From the NCBI GenBank assembly GCA_963809895.1, contig CAWELD010000003.1, positions 2,912,001 through 2,976,000 on the forward strand: a stretch of 64,000 bases of DNA, in the 5' to 3' direction. The notes under the pieces were generated by a model. It worked only from the letters and a program-made list of their open reading frames with translations. It was not told the origin of the DNA and searched no databases. The DNA is from an uncultured Gemmatimonadales bacterium. Its GTDB lineage: Bacteria > Gemmatimonadota > Gemmatimonadetes > Longimicrobiales > Gaopeijiaceae. Below are positions 29,233-43,598 of the stretch, in pieces (within the stretch, counting starts at the first letter, position 1; each line of letters opens with the position of its first letter). A program made the position numbers and the translations under genes.

Positions 29233-30326
29233 GCTTCTGCGCGGTGCTCGCCCGGCTCGCGGGGGTGACGTACGGGCGGGGGCAGGTCTCGCGCCCCGTT
29301 GGTGCACCACGTGTCGTCCAGTGGGCAACAGCGGCACGCGGAAAGTACCCCGGGACGCGTCGGGTCCTCGGCCATCGCCTGGCTCACCAGGTCCGCCAGG
29401 AAGCGCGGAAAGCGTGGATCGTCGTGCGGCACGGGGACGCGGTGCATCTCCTTGCCGAGGCTCTCGACGAAGGCTCCGAGTTCGTGATCGAGCTCCGCCA
29501 GCGTTTCGGATTGCTCGTGCATGAACGAGATCGGCACCACCACGAGCCGCCGTTCCGGGCGACGGCGAACGGCGTCGTCGTTGTCAGGCTGTGTCCATCG
29601 GATGCGGCGGTTGGTGTGATTCTGGAAGCCGACCTCGTATCGGTCGGCGCGCAGTGCGTGGGCGATGTCACGGCAGTGCTCGTAGACGTAGCGATCGTAC
29701 CTGTTCCCGTCGGACAGGTAGCGCACCGGTGTGCCGTGGACGGAGAAGTACAGGAGCGTGTCCGGATCGCTCAGGTCGAGGCCGCCGCTCGCCAGGAAGG
29801 ACCTCAGGTGCTCGACGAGCATGCTCCGATAGGCGGGGTGGTGATGCCAGCCTGCGATCCCGACGAAGCGCGGCGTCCACCCGACCTCATCGAGGGCCGC
29901 GCGCACGTCACGGAGCGCGGCGGCGGTCGTGGAATGCCCGCACATGGGATAGACCGGAAGCGCCACCAGCGTGTCGACGCCGTCGGCTCTGGCCTCCGCC
30001 ACCTTCTCCTGGATGGAGGGCTCGGTGAACTGGAAGGCGGAGTAGACGCGCGCGTCTCGACCCCGTGACCGCAGCTCCGTCTCCAGTGCGTGGGCCTGGG
30101 CATCGGCCTGGCCGTTGAGGGGTGAGCCTCCGATGGCGGCGTAGTCGCTTACCAGACCGGGTGCCCTGTCCGCCGCGAGCTGCCGGGCGCGCGAGACCGC
30201 CGCCGCGTCGGCGTGGCCTTCCAGGCTCGCGTTCTGGAGGAAGATCCTCTCCAGGTAGGGGCGCGCCTTCTCGAGGGTCGCCTCGTCGGGCTCACCGAAA
30301 TTCAGGATCAGGACTCCGATGGACAC
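29229..30326 (-). CDS. hemH: Ferrochelatase with Cys-rich C-terminal extension
   Basis: GVLILNFGEP, IGGSPL, LPVYP, FSVHGTP, WTQP, PISFMHEQSETLAELD; tail CRCCPLDDTWC. Confidence 0.92.
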   Translation of the reverse strand: MSIGVLILNFGEPDEATLEKARPYLERIFLQNASLEGHADAAAVSRARQLAADRAPGLVSDYAAIGGSPLNGQADAQAHALETELRSRGRDARVYSAFQFTEPSIQEKVAEARADGVDTLVALPVYPMCGHSTTAAALRDVRAALDEVGWTPRFVGIAGWHHHPAYRSMLVEHLRSFLASGGLDLSDPDTLLYFSVHGTPVRYLSDGNRYDRYVYEHCRDIAHALRADRYEVGFQNHTNRRIRWTQPDNDDAVRRRPERRLVVVPISFMHEQSETLAELDHELGAFVESLGKEMHRVPVPHDDPRFPRFLADLVSQAMAEDPTRPGVLSACRCCPLDDTWCTNGARDLPPPVRHPREPGEHRAEA

Positions 30327-30374
30327 GTCACGGGCTCCGGTGGGGTGGGTGCGCAGGGCCTCGTGGAGGTGGGG

Positions 30375-31418
30375 TCAACCCGCTTTGCGAAGCGACTGTT
30401 CGTGTACGCGGTCGACCAGGAAGGCCACCTGGTCGGGATCCGTCGTGCGGTGGATTCCGTGTCCCAGGTTGAACACGTGGGCGGCGGCGCCGGAGCCTTC
30501 CTTCAGCACGTCGTCCACGGCGGCGGCCAGCTCGCTGCGGGGAGCGAACAGCGCCGCCGGGTCGAGATTGCCCTGGACCACCACATCTTCGCCCAGATCC
30601 TGCACGGCCCTGGACAGGGGGAGCGTCCAGTCGATGCCCACCACGTCGGCGTCGAGCTCCCGCACATCGGAGAGCAGGGTCGCGCCGGCATTCGCGAAGT
30701 AGATGACCGGACGGTCCACCTGCGCACGGATGGCCGCGACGGTGTCCTTCAGAACCGGGAGAACGTGGCGGCGGTAGCTCTGCGGGCCGAGGAGTCCCGC
30801 CCAGGAGTCGAAGAGCATGAGGGCGTCGGCGCCCGCCCTCGCCTGGGCGACGAGATAGGCCGCCATGGACGTTCCGAGGAGGCGCAGCAGGCGGTTGGCG
30901 GTCTCCGGCTCGGCGTGCAGGAAGGCACGAGCCGTGGCGAAGTCCTTGGATCCGCTCCCTTCGACGAGATAACAGAAGAGCGTGAAGGGCGCCCCGGCGA
31001 AGCCGATGAGGGCGGCGTCGCGACGGAGCTCGGCCCGCACCAGGCGCAGCGCCTCCATGACGAAGCCCGCGCTCTCTTCGGGCACGAGCGCCCGGAGAGC
31101 TTCCACGTCGCTTGCGGAGCGGATGGGCCGGTCCAGGACCGGCCCCGGCGCGAAGTCCAGGCCCACTCCCATTCCCTCCAGGGGCGTCATGATGTCGCTG
31201 AAGAGGATGGCGGCGTCCAACGGGAAGCGCTCCACGGGTTGGAGCGTGATGCGTGCCGCGACGTCGGGGGTCTTGGTGGCGGTGAGGAAGTCGACGTGCT
31301 CGCGCAGCTTGCGGTACTCCGGCAGGTATCGCCCCGCCTGCCGCATGATCCAGACGGGTGGGCGCGGTCCACGGATCCCCCGACAGGCCTGCTCGAAGAG
31401 CGTCTTGGGCTCAGGCAT
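30375..31418 (-). CDS. hemE: Uroporphyrinogen decarboxylase
   Basis: [45 protein letters not shown] and FNLGHG motifs. Confidence 0.96.
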   Translation of the reverse strand: MPEPKTLFEQACRGIRGPRPPVWIMRQAGRYLPEYRKLREHVDFLTATKTPDVAARITLQPVERFPLDAAILFSDIMTPLEGMGVGLDFAPGPVLDRPIRSASDVEALRALVPEESAGFVMEALRLVRAELRRDAALIGFAGAPFTLFCYLVEGSGSKDFATARAFLHAEPETANRLLRLLGTSMAAYLVAQARAGADALMLFDSWAGLLGPQSYRRHVLPVLKDTVAAIRAQVDRPVIYFANAGATLLSDVRELDADVVGIDWTLPLSRAVQDLGEDVVVQGNLDPAALFAPRSELAAAVDDVLKEGSGAAAHVFNLGHGIHRTTDPDQVAFLVDRVHEQSLRKAG

Positions 31419-32698
31419 CGGGGAAATCTTCTTCCGTCATGACGTCCTCGGCGGCGTCCAGGGTACGCTCGACGTCCTCGGGGGTGTGCGCGAACGACCA
31501 GAACCACGCCTCGAAGGGGCTGGGCGGCAGGTGGATGCCCCGGTTCAGAAGCCCATGGAAGAGGGCCGTGAACCGCTCCCGGCTCGCCGCCGAGGCCGAG
31601 GGCCAGTCGATCACCGGTGTCTCGGAGAAGAAGAGCGACCCCATGCCACCCACACGGTTCCACCGCAGCGGGATTCCGAGCCGACGGCCCAGGTCCGAGA
31701 AGCCCTCGTCGAAGGCCCTGCCGAGGGCTTCCAGGTGCTCGTACACGGCCCGACTCCTCGTCGATGTATCGGAGCGTCGCCAGGCCTGCCGCCACGGCCA
31801 GCGGGTTGCCCGAGAGCGTGCCCGCCTGGTAGACGGGACCGTCGGGGGCGATCTGGCGCATGAGGTCGGCCCTGCCCCCGTACGCACCCACCGGAAGGCC
31901 TCCGCCGATGACCTTGCCGAGGGTCGTGAGGTCCGGCGTGATTCCGTAGCGTCCCTGTGCTCCCTGGGGGCCGACGCGGAAGCCCGTCATGACTTCGTCG
32001 AAGACCAGGAGCGCACCGTGCTCGTGGCACAGGGCCCGGAGGCCTGCGAGGAAGCCGTCGACGGGAGGGATGCACCCCATGTTGCCCGCGACGGGCTCGA
32101 CGAAGACGGCCGCGATCTCCCCCGGTGCGCGCTGAAGAGGGCCTCCACCCCGGCGAGATCGTTGTAGTCCGCCACCAGTGTGTCCGAGGCCGCTCCGGCC
32201 GTCACGCCGGGGCTGGACGGCGTACCCAGGGTGGCCGCGCCCGAGCCGGCCTCCACCAGGAAGCTGTCCGCGTGCCCGTGGTACCCGCCCCGGAACTTCA
32301 CGACCCGGTCGCGACCTGTGGCCGCCCGCGCCAGGCGGAGCGCGCTCATGGTGGCTTCGGTGCCCGAGCTCACGAGGCGAACCACCTCGAGGCCGGGCAC
32401 CCGGGCGACGAGCGTCTCCGCGAGGAGCACCTCGCCTTCCGTGGGGGCTCCGTACGACGTGCCGGCCTCCACGGCGTCGAGGAGCGCCCGCGACACCGCG
32501 GGGTGGGCGTGGCCGAGGAGCATCACGCCCCAGGAGCCCACGTAGTCGAGGTAGCGGTTGCCGTCCACGTCGTACAGGAACGCGCCGCCGGCGGAACGGA
32601 TGAAGCGGGGTCCCCCCCACGCCTTTGAAGGCGCGCACGGGGCTGTTGACTCCACCGGGGATGACCTTGGCTCCTGAGCTCTTCGAGGCGGTGGTGGT
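31411..32698 (-). pseudogene. hemL: Glutamate-1-semialdehyde 2,1-aminomutase, frameshifted; 5' end lost in the poly-G run
   Basis: [69 protein letters not shown] and PPSPFEAWF over several frames. Confidence 0.9.
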
Positions 32699-33385
<687 letters not shown>

Positions 33386-33389
<4 letters not shown>

Positions 33390-34298
33390 GGGCCCAAGCA
33401 GCGCTGCGGTGACGGCCCCGTCCAGTCTCCGGCCTCCAGCAGCGTGGTCACCCCAAACTCCCGGAGGATGACTTCGGCGCAGCGCTCGCCGACGGCATCG
33501 GCCTCCGTGACGGAGCCGGACGTTTCCCGGTCAGCCGTCACCCGGCGTGATCACGGAGGTGCGGAGCGTGAGCCCTCGGCCGTACCGATGCGATACAGCC
33601 CACCGGGGCCTGACAGCCCGCGCCCAGTCTGCGCAGACACGCTCGCTCCGCGTCTCCGAAGCGCGTCCACGGTGGTCCAGCGCTGGCCGCCCCGGCGCGC
33701 ACGTACTGGCGCTGATCTTCGCAGATGGGGCAGGACGTCGGGAGCGGAACTCGGTGATTCGCGCCCCCATCCCCAGTCGCAGCAGTCCGGCCGCCGCGAG
33801 CACGGCGGCATCGACGCGGCCCTCGTCCACCGCCTTCAGCCTCGTCGGCACGTTCCCTCGCAGGTCTTCCAGCACGAGGTCGGGACGGGCGAGCCCCAGG
33901 AAGCTCTTGCGGCGTACGCTGGCTGTGCCGATCCGGCTGCCGCCGGGGAGATCGGCGAAGCCCACGCCGGCGCTGCCGACCAGGACGTCGCGAGGGTCTT
34001 CTCGCGCAAGGACCGCCCCCAACCCGAGGCCAGGCGGAAACACCGTTGCCAGATCCTTGCAGGAGTGGACGGCGATGTCCACCCGATCGGTCAGGAGGGC
34101 ATCTTCGATCTCCTTCGTGAAGAAGGACTGGCCCACGTTTGGTCCCAGGGGCAGGTCCACGATGCGATCGCCTGAGGTCGTGATCTCCACGATCTCGACT
34201 CCGAGCCCCGGATTCGCGTCCAGGAGACGCGTCCGGACCTGACGTGCCTGCACCAGCGCCAGACGGGAGCCCCGCGTGCCGAGACGGATCCGGCTCAC
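33386..34298 (-). pseudogene. hemC: Hydroxymethylbilane synthase; C-terminal third garbled by indels after ~33745
   Basis: IRLGTRGSRLALVQ, TSGDRI, FTKEIE, DIAVHSCKD, REDPRD, GTASVRR, LRGNVPTRL and VLAAAGL motifs. Confidence 0.9.
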
Positions 34299-35596
34299 GA
34301 CGCCCGCTCCGTGCCGAGAATCACGGGCTCTCCGTCCGAGGCGACGCCGAAGAGAGCCTCGGCGGCCCGGAGCACACCCCGACCTTCCACCGTCCGGACG
34401 TCGGCTTCTCTGAGCGCACGCGTGGGCTCGTGCAGGAGCGTCCGCGCCAACGACCGCGCGAAGCGCTGCAGGGTCTCGCGCTGCTCGGGCTCCAGGCCCC
34501 GGGCGTGACGGCGAGCCGCCTCTCGTGCCTGCTCGAGCACGCGCTCACTCACGGCTCGTACTACCGGAGCTGCGGCGCGGGCTCGGGCCCAACGCACGAA
34601 GCGATCGACCTCCTCGGCGACGACGGCTCTGGCCACTGGAACCTGTGCCGCCCTGGTCTGCCGAACGGCCGCAACGCGCTCGTGAACCGCCTGCAGGTCG
34701 AGCACCTCGACGCCCACGAACTGTGCGAGCCGAGGATCGATCACGCGCGGATGGGAAAGATCCACGACGTACCGACGTGCGGGTGCGGCGGCCTGCCAAG
34801 CGGACGCCGTGTCGCAGTCTACCAGGTAGTCCGGCGATGCGGCGGCGCCCACCAGCAGGTCCGTGTCCCGCAGGAGCCGCGGGAGCTCGGCGAGCGCGTG
34901 CGATGTGCCCGTGCCGAGCTCACGTACGAGCTGCCGGGCTCGCTCGGGGGTACGGTTGACGATGCGCAGCCGGGAGACGCCCGCCTTCACCAGGAGCCGT
35001 GCGACCAGCCCGGCCGTGTCTCCGGCACCCACGACCACGGCCCTGCGATCCTCCAGGGTCCCGCCGCGCCTTCGAACGAGGTCCAGGGCGGCGCTGGCGA
35101 TGGAAGCGGCGCCCCGACCGATCTCCGTCTCCGTTCGTACACGCTTGCCCGTGGACACGGCCATCTCGATGAGTCGATGCAGGACGGGCCCCAGGGTGTC
35201 GGCCGCATCGGGCTCGGGAAGCATATCCCTCACCTGACCCAGGATCTGGGCCTCGCCCTGCACGACCGAATCCAGGCCCGCCGCCACCGCGAACAGATGA
35301 TCCGCCACCGCTTCGGCACCCGTGCGAAAGTACGAGTGACGCGCGAGCTCCCGGACGGGCAACCCCGTCTCCCGGGACGTGAACCGCCCCAGGACCGCCC
35401 GCACGCTCTCGGGCTCGTCGGCCACGCCGTACACCTCGAAACGACCGCACGTCACCAGGGCCGCGCCCTCGGCGAGGTGGCCTTTCCGCGTCATACGACC
35501 CAGGACGGTGAGGAGCCGGTCCGGATCCACATGCATGCGCTCCCGCAGGGGCGTGGACGCCGTGCTGTGGCTGGTGCCGAGGAGGAAGAGCTCCAT
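34295..35596 (-). CDS. hemA: Glutamyl-tRNA reductase
   Basis: GTSHSTA..LRE, TCGRFEVY, HLFAVAAGLDS..GEAQILGQV, GKRVRTET, VGAG, NRT and LLHEP motifs. Confidence 0.93.
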   Translation of the reverse strand: MELFLLGTSHSTASTPLRERMHVDPDRLLTVLGRMTRKGHLAEGAALVTCGRFEVYGVADEPESVRAVLGRFTSRETGLPVRELARHSYFRTGAEAVADHLFAVAAGLDSVVQGEAQILGQVRDMLPEPDAADTLGPVLHRLIEMAVSTGKRVRTETEIGRGAASIASAALDLVRRRGGTLEDRRAVVVGAGDTAGLVARLLVKAGVSRLRIVNRTPERARQLVRELGTGTSHALAELPRLLRDTDLLVGAAASPDYLVDCDTASAWQAAAPARRYVVDLSHPRVIDPRLAQFVGVEVLDLQAVHERVAAVRQTRAAQVPVARAVVAEEVDRFVRWARARAAAPVVRAVSERVLEQAREAARRHARGLEPEQRETLQRFARSLARTLLHEPTRALREADVRTVEGRGVLRAAEALFGVASDGEPVILGTERAS

Positions 35597-35611
35597 GTGC
35601 GATCGCGTGAC

Positions 35612-37338
<1,727 letters not shown>

Positions 37339-37455
37339 GGATGCGTCGACCTTTCAAGCTTGTGACTCCGCGAGAACGCCACAATTGGGGATTCTACTGG
37401 CGAGGCATCCGTAGTTTCACCGAGTCCGGGAGAGAGCTTCGACCCTCAATGCAGC

Positions 37456-38460
37456 GTGACCGCGCGACCCGCTTCGCACGCCGCCTCGAGGGTGCTAGCT
37501 TCCAGCCGGAGCCGGCGACGCCCCACGACCGGATCGACTCCCTTGGACGAAACCTTCCACCGCGGCATTCGCTCGGCCCAGGCCGGCCTGCTGGTCAACA
37601 CGCTGCTGGCCATCACGAAGTTTCTGGCCGGCCTGCTGGGCAACAGCTACGCCCTCATCGCCGACGCGGTGGAGTCCACGGCGGACATCTTCTCGTCGCT
37701 GATCGTCTGGGGCGGGCTGCAGGTCGCGCGCCGGGATGCCGACGAGCTGTACCCCTTCGGCTATGGGAAAGCAGAGTCCCTCGCGGCGTCGGCGGTGTCG
37801 CTCATGTTGTTGGGCGCGGCGGTGGCCATCTCCGTCGAATCCATCGGGGAGATCCGCACGCCCCATCACGCGCCGGCCCCCTGGACCCTGGCGGTCCTGG
37901 TCGCGGTGATGCTCGTGAAATGGCTTCTGTCGAAGAGGGTTCACGCGGTGGGCGTCGGCATCGGCAGCACGGCGGTGCAGGCCGACGCGGGCCATCACCT
38001 GAGTGACGCCCTCACCTCGGCCGCGGCCTTCGTCGGGATCTCCATCGCCCTCATCGGCGGACCGGGCTGGGAGCAGGCCGACGACTGGGGAGCGCTGGCC
38101 GCCTCCCTGGTCATCGCCTACAACGGCGTCAAGCTGCTGCGGCCTGCCGTCCACGACCTCATGGACCGGATTCCCGCCGAAGCCGTGGTGCGGCGGCTGG
38201 AGGATGCCGCCCGGGGCGTGCCCGACGTGCTGGACATCGAGAAGACGGCGGTGAGGAAGTCGGGGCTGGTCTACCGGGTGACGCTGCATGTGCAGACCCA
38301 TCCCGAGATGTCGCTGGAGGACGCGCACATCCTGAGTGGCAAGGTGAAGACCGCCATCATGGCCGCCGAGCCCCAGGTGTCGTCGGTCCTGATCCACATG
38401 GAGCCCTACGATCCCCCCGACGCCGACCCCTCACGCGATGAGCCGCCCTCAGCCCCCTGA
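37456..38460 (+). CDS. Cation diffusion facilitator (FieF-like) transporter
   Basis: SYALIADAVESTAD, YPFGYGKAE, ADAGHHLSD, LHV and VLIHMEP motifs. Confidence 0.92.
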   Translation: MTARPASHAASRVLASSRSRRRPTTGSTPLDETFHRGIRSAQAGLLVNTLLAITKFLAGLLGNSYALIADAVESTADIFSSLIVWGGLQVARRDADELYPFGYGKAESLAASAVSLMLLGAAVAISVESIGEIRTPHHAPAPWTLAVLVAVMLVKWLLSKRVHAVGVGIGSTAVQADAGHHLSDALTSAAAFVGISIALIGGPGWEQADDWGALAASLVIAYNGVKLLRPAVHDLMDRIPAEAVVRRLEDAARGVPDVLDIEKTAVRKSGLVYRVTLHVQTHPEMSLEDAHILSGKVKTAIMAAEPQVSSVLIHMEPYDPPDADPSRDEPPSAP

Positions 38461-39391
38461 CCCGGCCTCACGCGAGAGCGCCTTCCATCGCTCGGGCATG
38501 GTCACCAGGCTCGCCGGGTCCACGCTGGTGCGCCCGTAGCGCACGACCCAGTGGAGGTGGGGACCGGTCACCCGTCCGGTGGCACCCACCAGCCCGATGG
38601 GTGTCCCTGCCTGCACCGTATCGCCCACGGCCACGAGCTGCTTGCTCAGGTGGAAGTAACCGCTGAGGAGCCCGCCGCCGTGGTTGAGGTAGACGATGTT
38701 GCCCGCAAGCAGGAACGAATCCACCAGCGCCACCACGCCGCGAGTCGCCGCACGCACCGTGTCGCCGGGATCGCCGTCCAGGTCGAGGCCCATGTGGCGG
38801 CTCGAGATCTGGCCGTTGAACTCGCGCCCGCCGCCGAACTCGCTGGTGACCCGGGCGTTGCGGGGCAACCTGACGTCATCGGTCCACAGCCGGGGCGTCC
38901 GGTGCGCCTGCCGTGATACCTCCGCAGCCTTGGCCTGGTCACGGGCCAGCCGAGCGGCTGCCGCCGAGTCCAGCGGCGAGCCGAACTCCGGGGCCACCGT
39001 GAGCTTCTCGTGGGTGAAGGTCCCCGTGGCCACGGGAACATCGGCCTCGGCCCGCTGCTCCCCGACCCCCGCCGAGGTCACCGTCACCGTTACCGCCAGG
39101 CTGCCCGTGGCGTCGACAGGCACGGGCGCCAGGCTCTCCCAGGCCCCGTCGGCGGTGCGGACGAAATGGAGCTCCTCACCGGCCACCCGGCCCGCCACCG
39201 TCGCCGCCTCCGATCCGTCAGCGAGCTCCACGCGCACCACGAAGAGCTGGCCCTGACGCGGGTGCTCGGGGCTCCACCGCAGGGCGGGCGGCGCCGGGGG
39301 TGCCGCAGCGCGCCGAGACGCCGCAGGACGAGGCGGCGGCGCCCACGACCAGCACCAGAGTGGCGGACAAGGCCAGGGATCGCATGATCAT
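38449..39391 (-). CDS. M23-family metallopeptidase lipoprotein (one probable frameshift ~39255)
   Basis: HMGLD, NHGGG..SGYFHLS, GATGRVTGPHLHW; the lipoprotein leader (MIMRSLALS...ASSC) lies in another frame. Confidence 0.85.
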
Positions 39392-39538
39392 GCTCGACAG
39401 TACGCGTACGGTCCCGGTGAGCCAAGCGGAGACGGGCGACACGCGGAGCGTACGGGAGCCGTCGGTGTACGCCCGCGAGCCTACCGCTCGGAGCGGGAGG
39501 GCACCTCGCAGACCCCGAACCCATCCACGGGAGGATCG

Positions 39539-40417
39539 ATGCGCGTCGCATTTCTCGGACTCGGGAGCATGGGCCTCCCCATGGCCCGCAATCTCGCCCG
39601 CTCGGACCACGACCTGGTGGTCTGGAACCGCACGCGGGCCAAGGCCGAGGACGTGGCGGGGGCGCAGGTGGCCGATTCTCCCGAGGCGGCCGCCGAGGGC
39701 GCCGACCTCGTGCTGACCATGCTGTCCGGCGACGACGCGGTGGAGGCGGTGATGTTCGGCGACGAAGGAGCGGCCGCGAGCATGCGAGAGGGAGCCGTGC
39801 ACGCATCCATGAGCACCATCAGCGTCGAGTACTCCCGCCACCTGGCTCAAGCCCACGGTGAGCGCGAGCAACGGTACGTCGCGGCGCCGGTCTTCGGCCG
39901 GCCCGACATGGCCGCGAGCGCCGCACTCCGCATCGTGGCCGCCGGACGGCCCGCTGCCATCGACGCCTGCCGCCCGGCCTTCGACGTGCTCGGCCAGGCC
40001 GTCATCGAGGTGGGCTCCGAGCCGGAGAAGGCCAACGTGGTGAAGCTCACCGGCAACTTCATGCTCGCCTCCGCCATCGAGGCCATGGCCGAGGCCTACA
40101 CCCTGGTGCGCTCCTACGGCGTCGACGTGGAGCTCTTCCACCAGACCATGGCGCAGGGCCTGTTCGCGTCTCCCATCTACCAGGGGTACGGAGGGATGAT
40201 CGCCAGGCAGGAGTACGAACCGGCGGGCTTCGCGCTGCGCCACGGACTCAAGGACGTGCGCTTCGCCCTGCGCGCCGCAGACGACAACCAGGTGCCCATG
40301 CCCTTCGCCAGCGCCGTGCACGACCGACTGCTCTCCGGCGCCGCCCGCGGATGGAGCGACTCGGACTGGGCCGCCCTGGGAAGGGTGGCCGCCGCCGACT
40401 CGGGCCAGGAGGGCTGA
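39539..40417 (+). CDS. NAD(P)-dependent beta-hydroxyacid dehydrogenase (3-hydroxyisobutyrate dehydrogenase family)
   Basis: VAFLGLGSMGLPMARN, WNRT, MSTIS, APVFGRP, KLTGNF and LKD motifs. Confidence 0.92.
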   Translation: MRVAFLGLGSMGLPMARNLARSDHDLVVWNRTRAKAEDVAGAQVADSPEAAAEGADLVLTMLSGDDAVEAVMFGDEGAAASMREGAVHASMSTISVEYSRHLAQAHGEREQRYVAAPVFGRPDMAASAALRIVAAGRPAAIDACRPAFDVLGQAVIEVGSEPEKANVVKLTGNFMLASAIEAMAEAYTLVRSYGVDVELFHQTMAQGLFASPIYQGYGGMIARQEYEPAGFALRHGLKDVRFALRAADDNQVPMPFASAVHDRLLSGAARGWSDSDWAALGRVAAADSGQEG

Positions 40418-40435
40418 GACACGCCGCGGCGCCGT

Positions 40436-43108
40436 CTACTCCCTCAGCGCGGTGGCCGGATCGATGCGGGTCGCCCGCGCGGCGGGAAGCCAGCACGCCG
40501 CCATGGCCACCGACGCCAGGAGCCCGGCGGTCGCCGCGTAGATCCACGGATCCAGGGGATCCACGCCGAAGAGGAGTCCCCGGGTCACGCCGCTGAGCGC
40601 GGCGGCGGCCAGGAGACCGAGGGTGACGGCGAGGAGCACGAGGCGGAGTCCCTGCCCCAGCACGTGGCGGCGCACGTCACCGGGCGCCTGCCCCAGCGCC
40701 ATGCGCACCCCGATCTCCCGCACCCGGCGGCTCACCACGAAGGACAGCACGCCGTAGATCCCCACCGACGCCAGCACGAGGGCGGCCACGCCGAAGAAGG
40801 TCATGAGCGTCAGGGCGAGCCGCGTCGGAGCCAGCGATTCCCGGGCCAGGTCGCGCAGGGTGACCAGGTCCTCGATGGGCGTCCCGGGGGCGAGCCGCTT
40901 CACGACGGCGCGCACGGAGGGGGCCAACGCGGCAGGATCGCCCGAGGACCGCACCACGACGCTGAAGCGCGCGGACCCCGAGAGCGGGAAGTAGATCTGG
41001 GTGAGCACGGCCCTGGACAGGTCGTGGAGGCGCAGGTGCTCCACCACGCCCACGACCTGCGCGTAGCGGATGTTCTCGGGGAAGTCGTCGGAATTCACCT
41101 GCAGGCGCCGGCCCACGGGGTCGAGGTCGCCGAATGCCGTCCGCGCCAGCCGGTCGTCGATGATGATGCGACCTCCCGCTCTTGCGTCGGCCGTGGTGAA
41201 GTCTCGTCCCGCCATCAGGCGCGCGCCCATGGCGTCGAAGAAGCCCGGCGAGATGAAGCGCTGGTCGGCCGTGACGCTCTCCCAGTTGGACGCGGTCTCC
41301 TCGTCGTAGGCGTACGGCTGGAGGGAACCCGAGCCCGTGAGGGGGAGTTGATCCACCTCCGCAACTCCCAAGACCGAAGGCAGCGCCTCGAGCGCGTCGC
41401 CGAGCTCCCGCCGGAAGGCATCCCGGGCTTCCCCGTCGGGGAAGGCGGCGATGGGCAGCGAGAGCCTGAAGGTCAATCGGCCGTCCAGGGCGTAGCCCGG
41501 ATCCACGCGCGTCAGCTCCCGGAAGCTCTGGACCATGAGCGCGGTGCCCACCAGGAGCACCAGACTGGCGGCGATCTCGGCGACCACCAACCCATTCCTG
41601 AGACGACGGCTGGCACGGTCCTCCCCGCCCCGCGAGAACCCGTGCAGCGTCCCTCCCGGGTCACGACGGGCAGCGCGCAGTCCCGGCACCAGCCCGAACA
41701 CCAGGGCGCTCGTCGCCGCAGCCGCCACCGCGAAGCCCAGGACCCGCAGATCGATGCCTACGTTCTCCAGCCTCGGCACGCTGCCCGCGCCCAGGCGTGC
41801 CAGCAGCTCCAGTCCCCCGGCGGACAGCGCCACGCCGAACACGGCTCCCAGGCCCGCGAGCAAGGCGCTCTCCACCAGCACCAGACGCACGAGCCCCCAC
41901 CGCCCGGCGCCGAGCGCCGCCCGTAGATCCAGCTCGGCCGACCGTACCTGACCCCGGACCGTGACGAGATTGGCCACGTTCGCGCACGCGATCAGGAGCA
42001 CGAATCCCACGGCACCGAAGAGGAGCATGAGCGTCTGGCGCGCCCCCTTCACCACGTCGTCGAGGAGGGGCACCACCCGGGCCTCGAGCTTCGACGCGGC
42101 GTGCACGGGGTTCTCGGCCCGGAGCTGCGCGGCCATGGCGTCGAGCTCGTCCTGAGCCTGTTCGAAGGTCGCGCCCTGGCGGATCCTCCCGAACCCGGTG
42201 AAGGCCGTGAAGTTACGGGCCTGGAGCCGGGCCGGGTCGATCCGCAGCGGCGTCCAGATCTCCGCGTCGCGCAGCAGAAACGCCTCGGCCGGGAGCTGGA
42301 GGTGGAAGCCCTCCGGCAGCACGCCCACCACCTCCATGCTGGTCCCCGCGACCGGAATCAGCCGCCCGATGATGGACGGATCGGCGCCGAAGCGCCGCTC
42401 CCAGATGCGGTGGCTCAGGATCACCACCCAGGCGGCACCGGGCTGGTCCTCCTGGGCCGTGAAGGTGCGACCCAGCACCGGCGCGACGCCGAAGAAGTCG
42501 AAGAAGCCGGCCTCCACGGCACCCACGTCGACGACCTCGGGATCGTCGGCCCCGCCCAGAATCCACTCCCGGCCCGACGCCAGGGTGAAATCCTCGAAGA
42601 CCTGACTGCGGGCGCGGTAGTCGTAGAGGTCCAGCGGGTGGAGCGCCGGCAGGTTCTGGGCGCCGTCTCCGAACTCGTGCCAGAGGAGCCCGATGCGGTC
42701 GGCGGCACGGTACGGCAGCGGCCTGAGCAATACGCCGTTCACCACCGAGAAGATCGTGGTGTTGGCCCCGATTCCCAGCGCCAACGTGAGCACGGCCACC
42801 AACGTGAAGCCCGGACGCCGAGCCAGCGCCCGCACGCCGAAAACCAGATCCTGCCAGAGCCCACCCGTCATCGTCCACCCTCCCCTCGTCCACGTTCGGC
42901 GCAGCCCCGCGGCGCGCAGCGCCAGCCCCCGACGCAGCACGTCCAGGGTCGCTCCCGTGAGAATTCGCGCGCGGGTCACCGGGCCCGCCCCCTGGAGCTC
43001 GTCTGCCAGCAGCGCCGCCATCTCGTCGGCGTGGCGCCGCCGGAACTCCCGGGGCAGGACCCGGGCCGCCAGTCGCCACACGGCGGGCGCCCGCCCTGTC
43101 CGGCCCAT
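40436..43108 (-). CDS. ADOP-type duplicated MacB/FtsX ABC permease
   Basis: [63 protein letters not shown] and RATRIDP motifs. Confidence 0.92.
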   Translation of the reverse strand: MGRTGRAPAVWRLAARVLPREFRRRHADEMAALLADELQGAGPVTRARILTGATLDVLRRGLALRAAGLRRTWTRGGWTMTGGLWQDLVFGVRALARRPGFTLVAVLTLALGIGANTTIFSVVNGVLLRPLPYRAADRIGLLWHEFGDGAQNLPALHPLDLYDYRARSQVFEDFTLASGREWILGGADDPEVVDVGAVEAGFFDFFGVAPVLGRTFTAQEDQPGAAWVVILSHRIWERRFGADPSIIGRLIPVAGTSMEVVGVLPEGFHLQLPAEAFLLRDAEIWTPLRIDPARLQARNFTAFTGFGRIRQGATFEQAQDELDAMAAQLRAENPVHAASKLEARVVPLLDDVVKGARQTLMLLFGAVGFVLLIACANVANLVTVRGQVRSAELDLRAALGAGRWGLVRLVLVESALLAGLGAVFGVALSAGGLELLARLGAGSVPRLENVGIDLRVLGFAVAAAATSALVFGLVPGLRAARRDPGGTLHGFSRGGEDRASRRLRNGLVVAEIAASLVLLVGTALMVQSFRELTRVDPGYALDGRLTFRLSLPIAAFPDGEARDAFRRELGDALEALPSVLGVAEVDQLPLTGSGSLQPYAYDEETASNWESVTADQRFISPGFFDAMGARLMAGRDFTTADARAGGRIIIDDRLARTAFGDLDPVGRRLQVNSDDFPENIRYAQVVGVVEHLRLHDLSRAVLTQIYFPLSGSARFSVVVRSSGDPAALAPSVRAVVKRLAPGTPIEDLVTLRDLARESLAPTRLALTLMTFFGVAALVLASVGIYGVLSFVVSRRVREIGVRMALGQAPGDVRRHVLGQGLRLVLLAVTLGLLAAAALSGVTRGLLFGVDPLDPWIYAATAGLLASVAMAACWLPAARATRIDPATALRE

Positions 43109-43440
43109 CAGGCCTCGCCCAGCCGCCGGCGGGCGGTGCCCGCGATCGCCGCCAGTCGTCGCGCCTCGTCGGCCAGTGCCTTCCGACCCGCAGGCGTGAT
43201 CCGGTAGTAGCGTCGACGCTCGCTCACGCCCGCCGGCCGCTCGCCACCTTCGAGCTCCTCGATCCATCCTTCGTCCGCCAGCGCGTCCAGCGTGCCGTAC
43301 AGCGTCGCCGGCCACAGGTGCAGGGCACCGTTCGTCTGCTTCTGCACGTCTCGCACGATCCCCGACCCGTGCAGGTCGCGTCCGGCCAGGGCGGTGAGGA
43401 TGTGGAAACGGTGGGGCGAGAGGATGTCGGAGTCGGTCAT
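43108..43440 (-). CDS. PadR-family transcriptional regulator
   Basis: [41 protein letters not shown]-coupled to the permease. Confidence 0.92.
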   Translation of the reverse strand: MTDSDILSPHRFHILTALAGRDLHGSGIVRDVQKQTNGALHLWPATLYGTLDALADEGWIEELEGGERPAGVSERRRYYRITPAGRKALADEARRLAAIAGTARRRLGEA

Positions 43441-43450
43441 GGCGCCTCAT

Positions 43451-43479
43451 ATGCTATGATTGCATATAATACGACACAA
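43451..43479 (-). promoter_or_regulatory. sigma70-type promoter for the leftward padR operon
   Basis: TTGTGT-N17-TAGCAT on the minus strand in an AT-rich patch, followed by GAGG and ATG. Confidence 0.55.
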
Positions 43480-43554
43480 TAGCACGGAGGATTTCGCCGG
43501 GGCAAGCCGGGCACCGGAGCGGGGCCGCTCCGACCCGGCACGAACCCGTGTCCC

Positions 43555-43598
43555 TTGACTATTGACCATTTGTCACTAATCATGACTCATGGTCAATA
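43555..43598 (+). promoter_or_regulatory. Promoter/operator of the rightward padR: TTGACT-N17-AATCAT with two TGAC-N5-GTCA boxes
   Basis: Boxes at 43563-43575 and 43583-43595; perfect IR TATTGACCAT...ATGGTCAATA overlapping the start codon. Confidence 0.7.
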
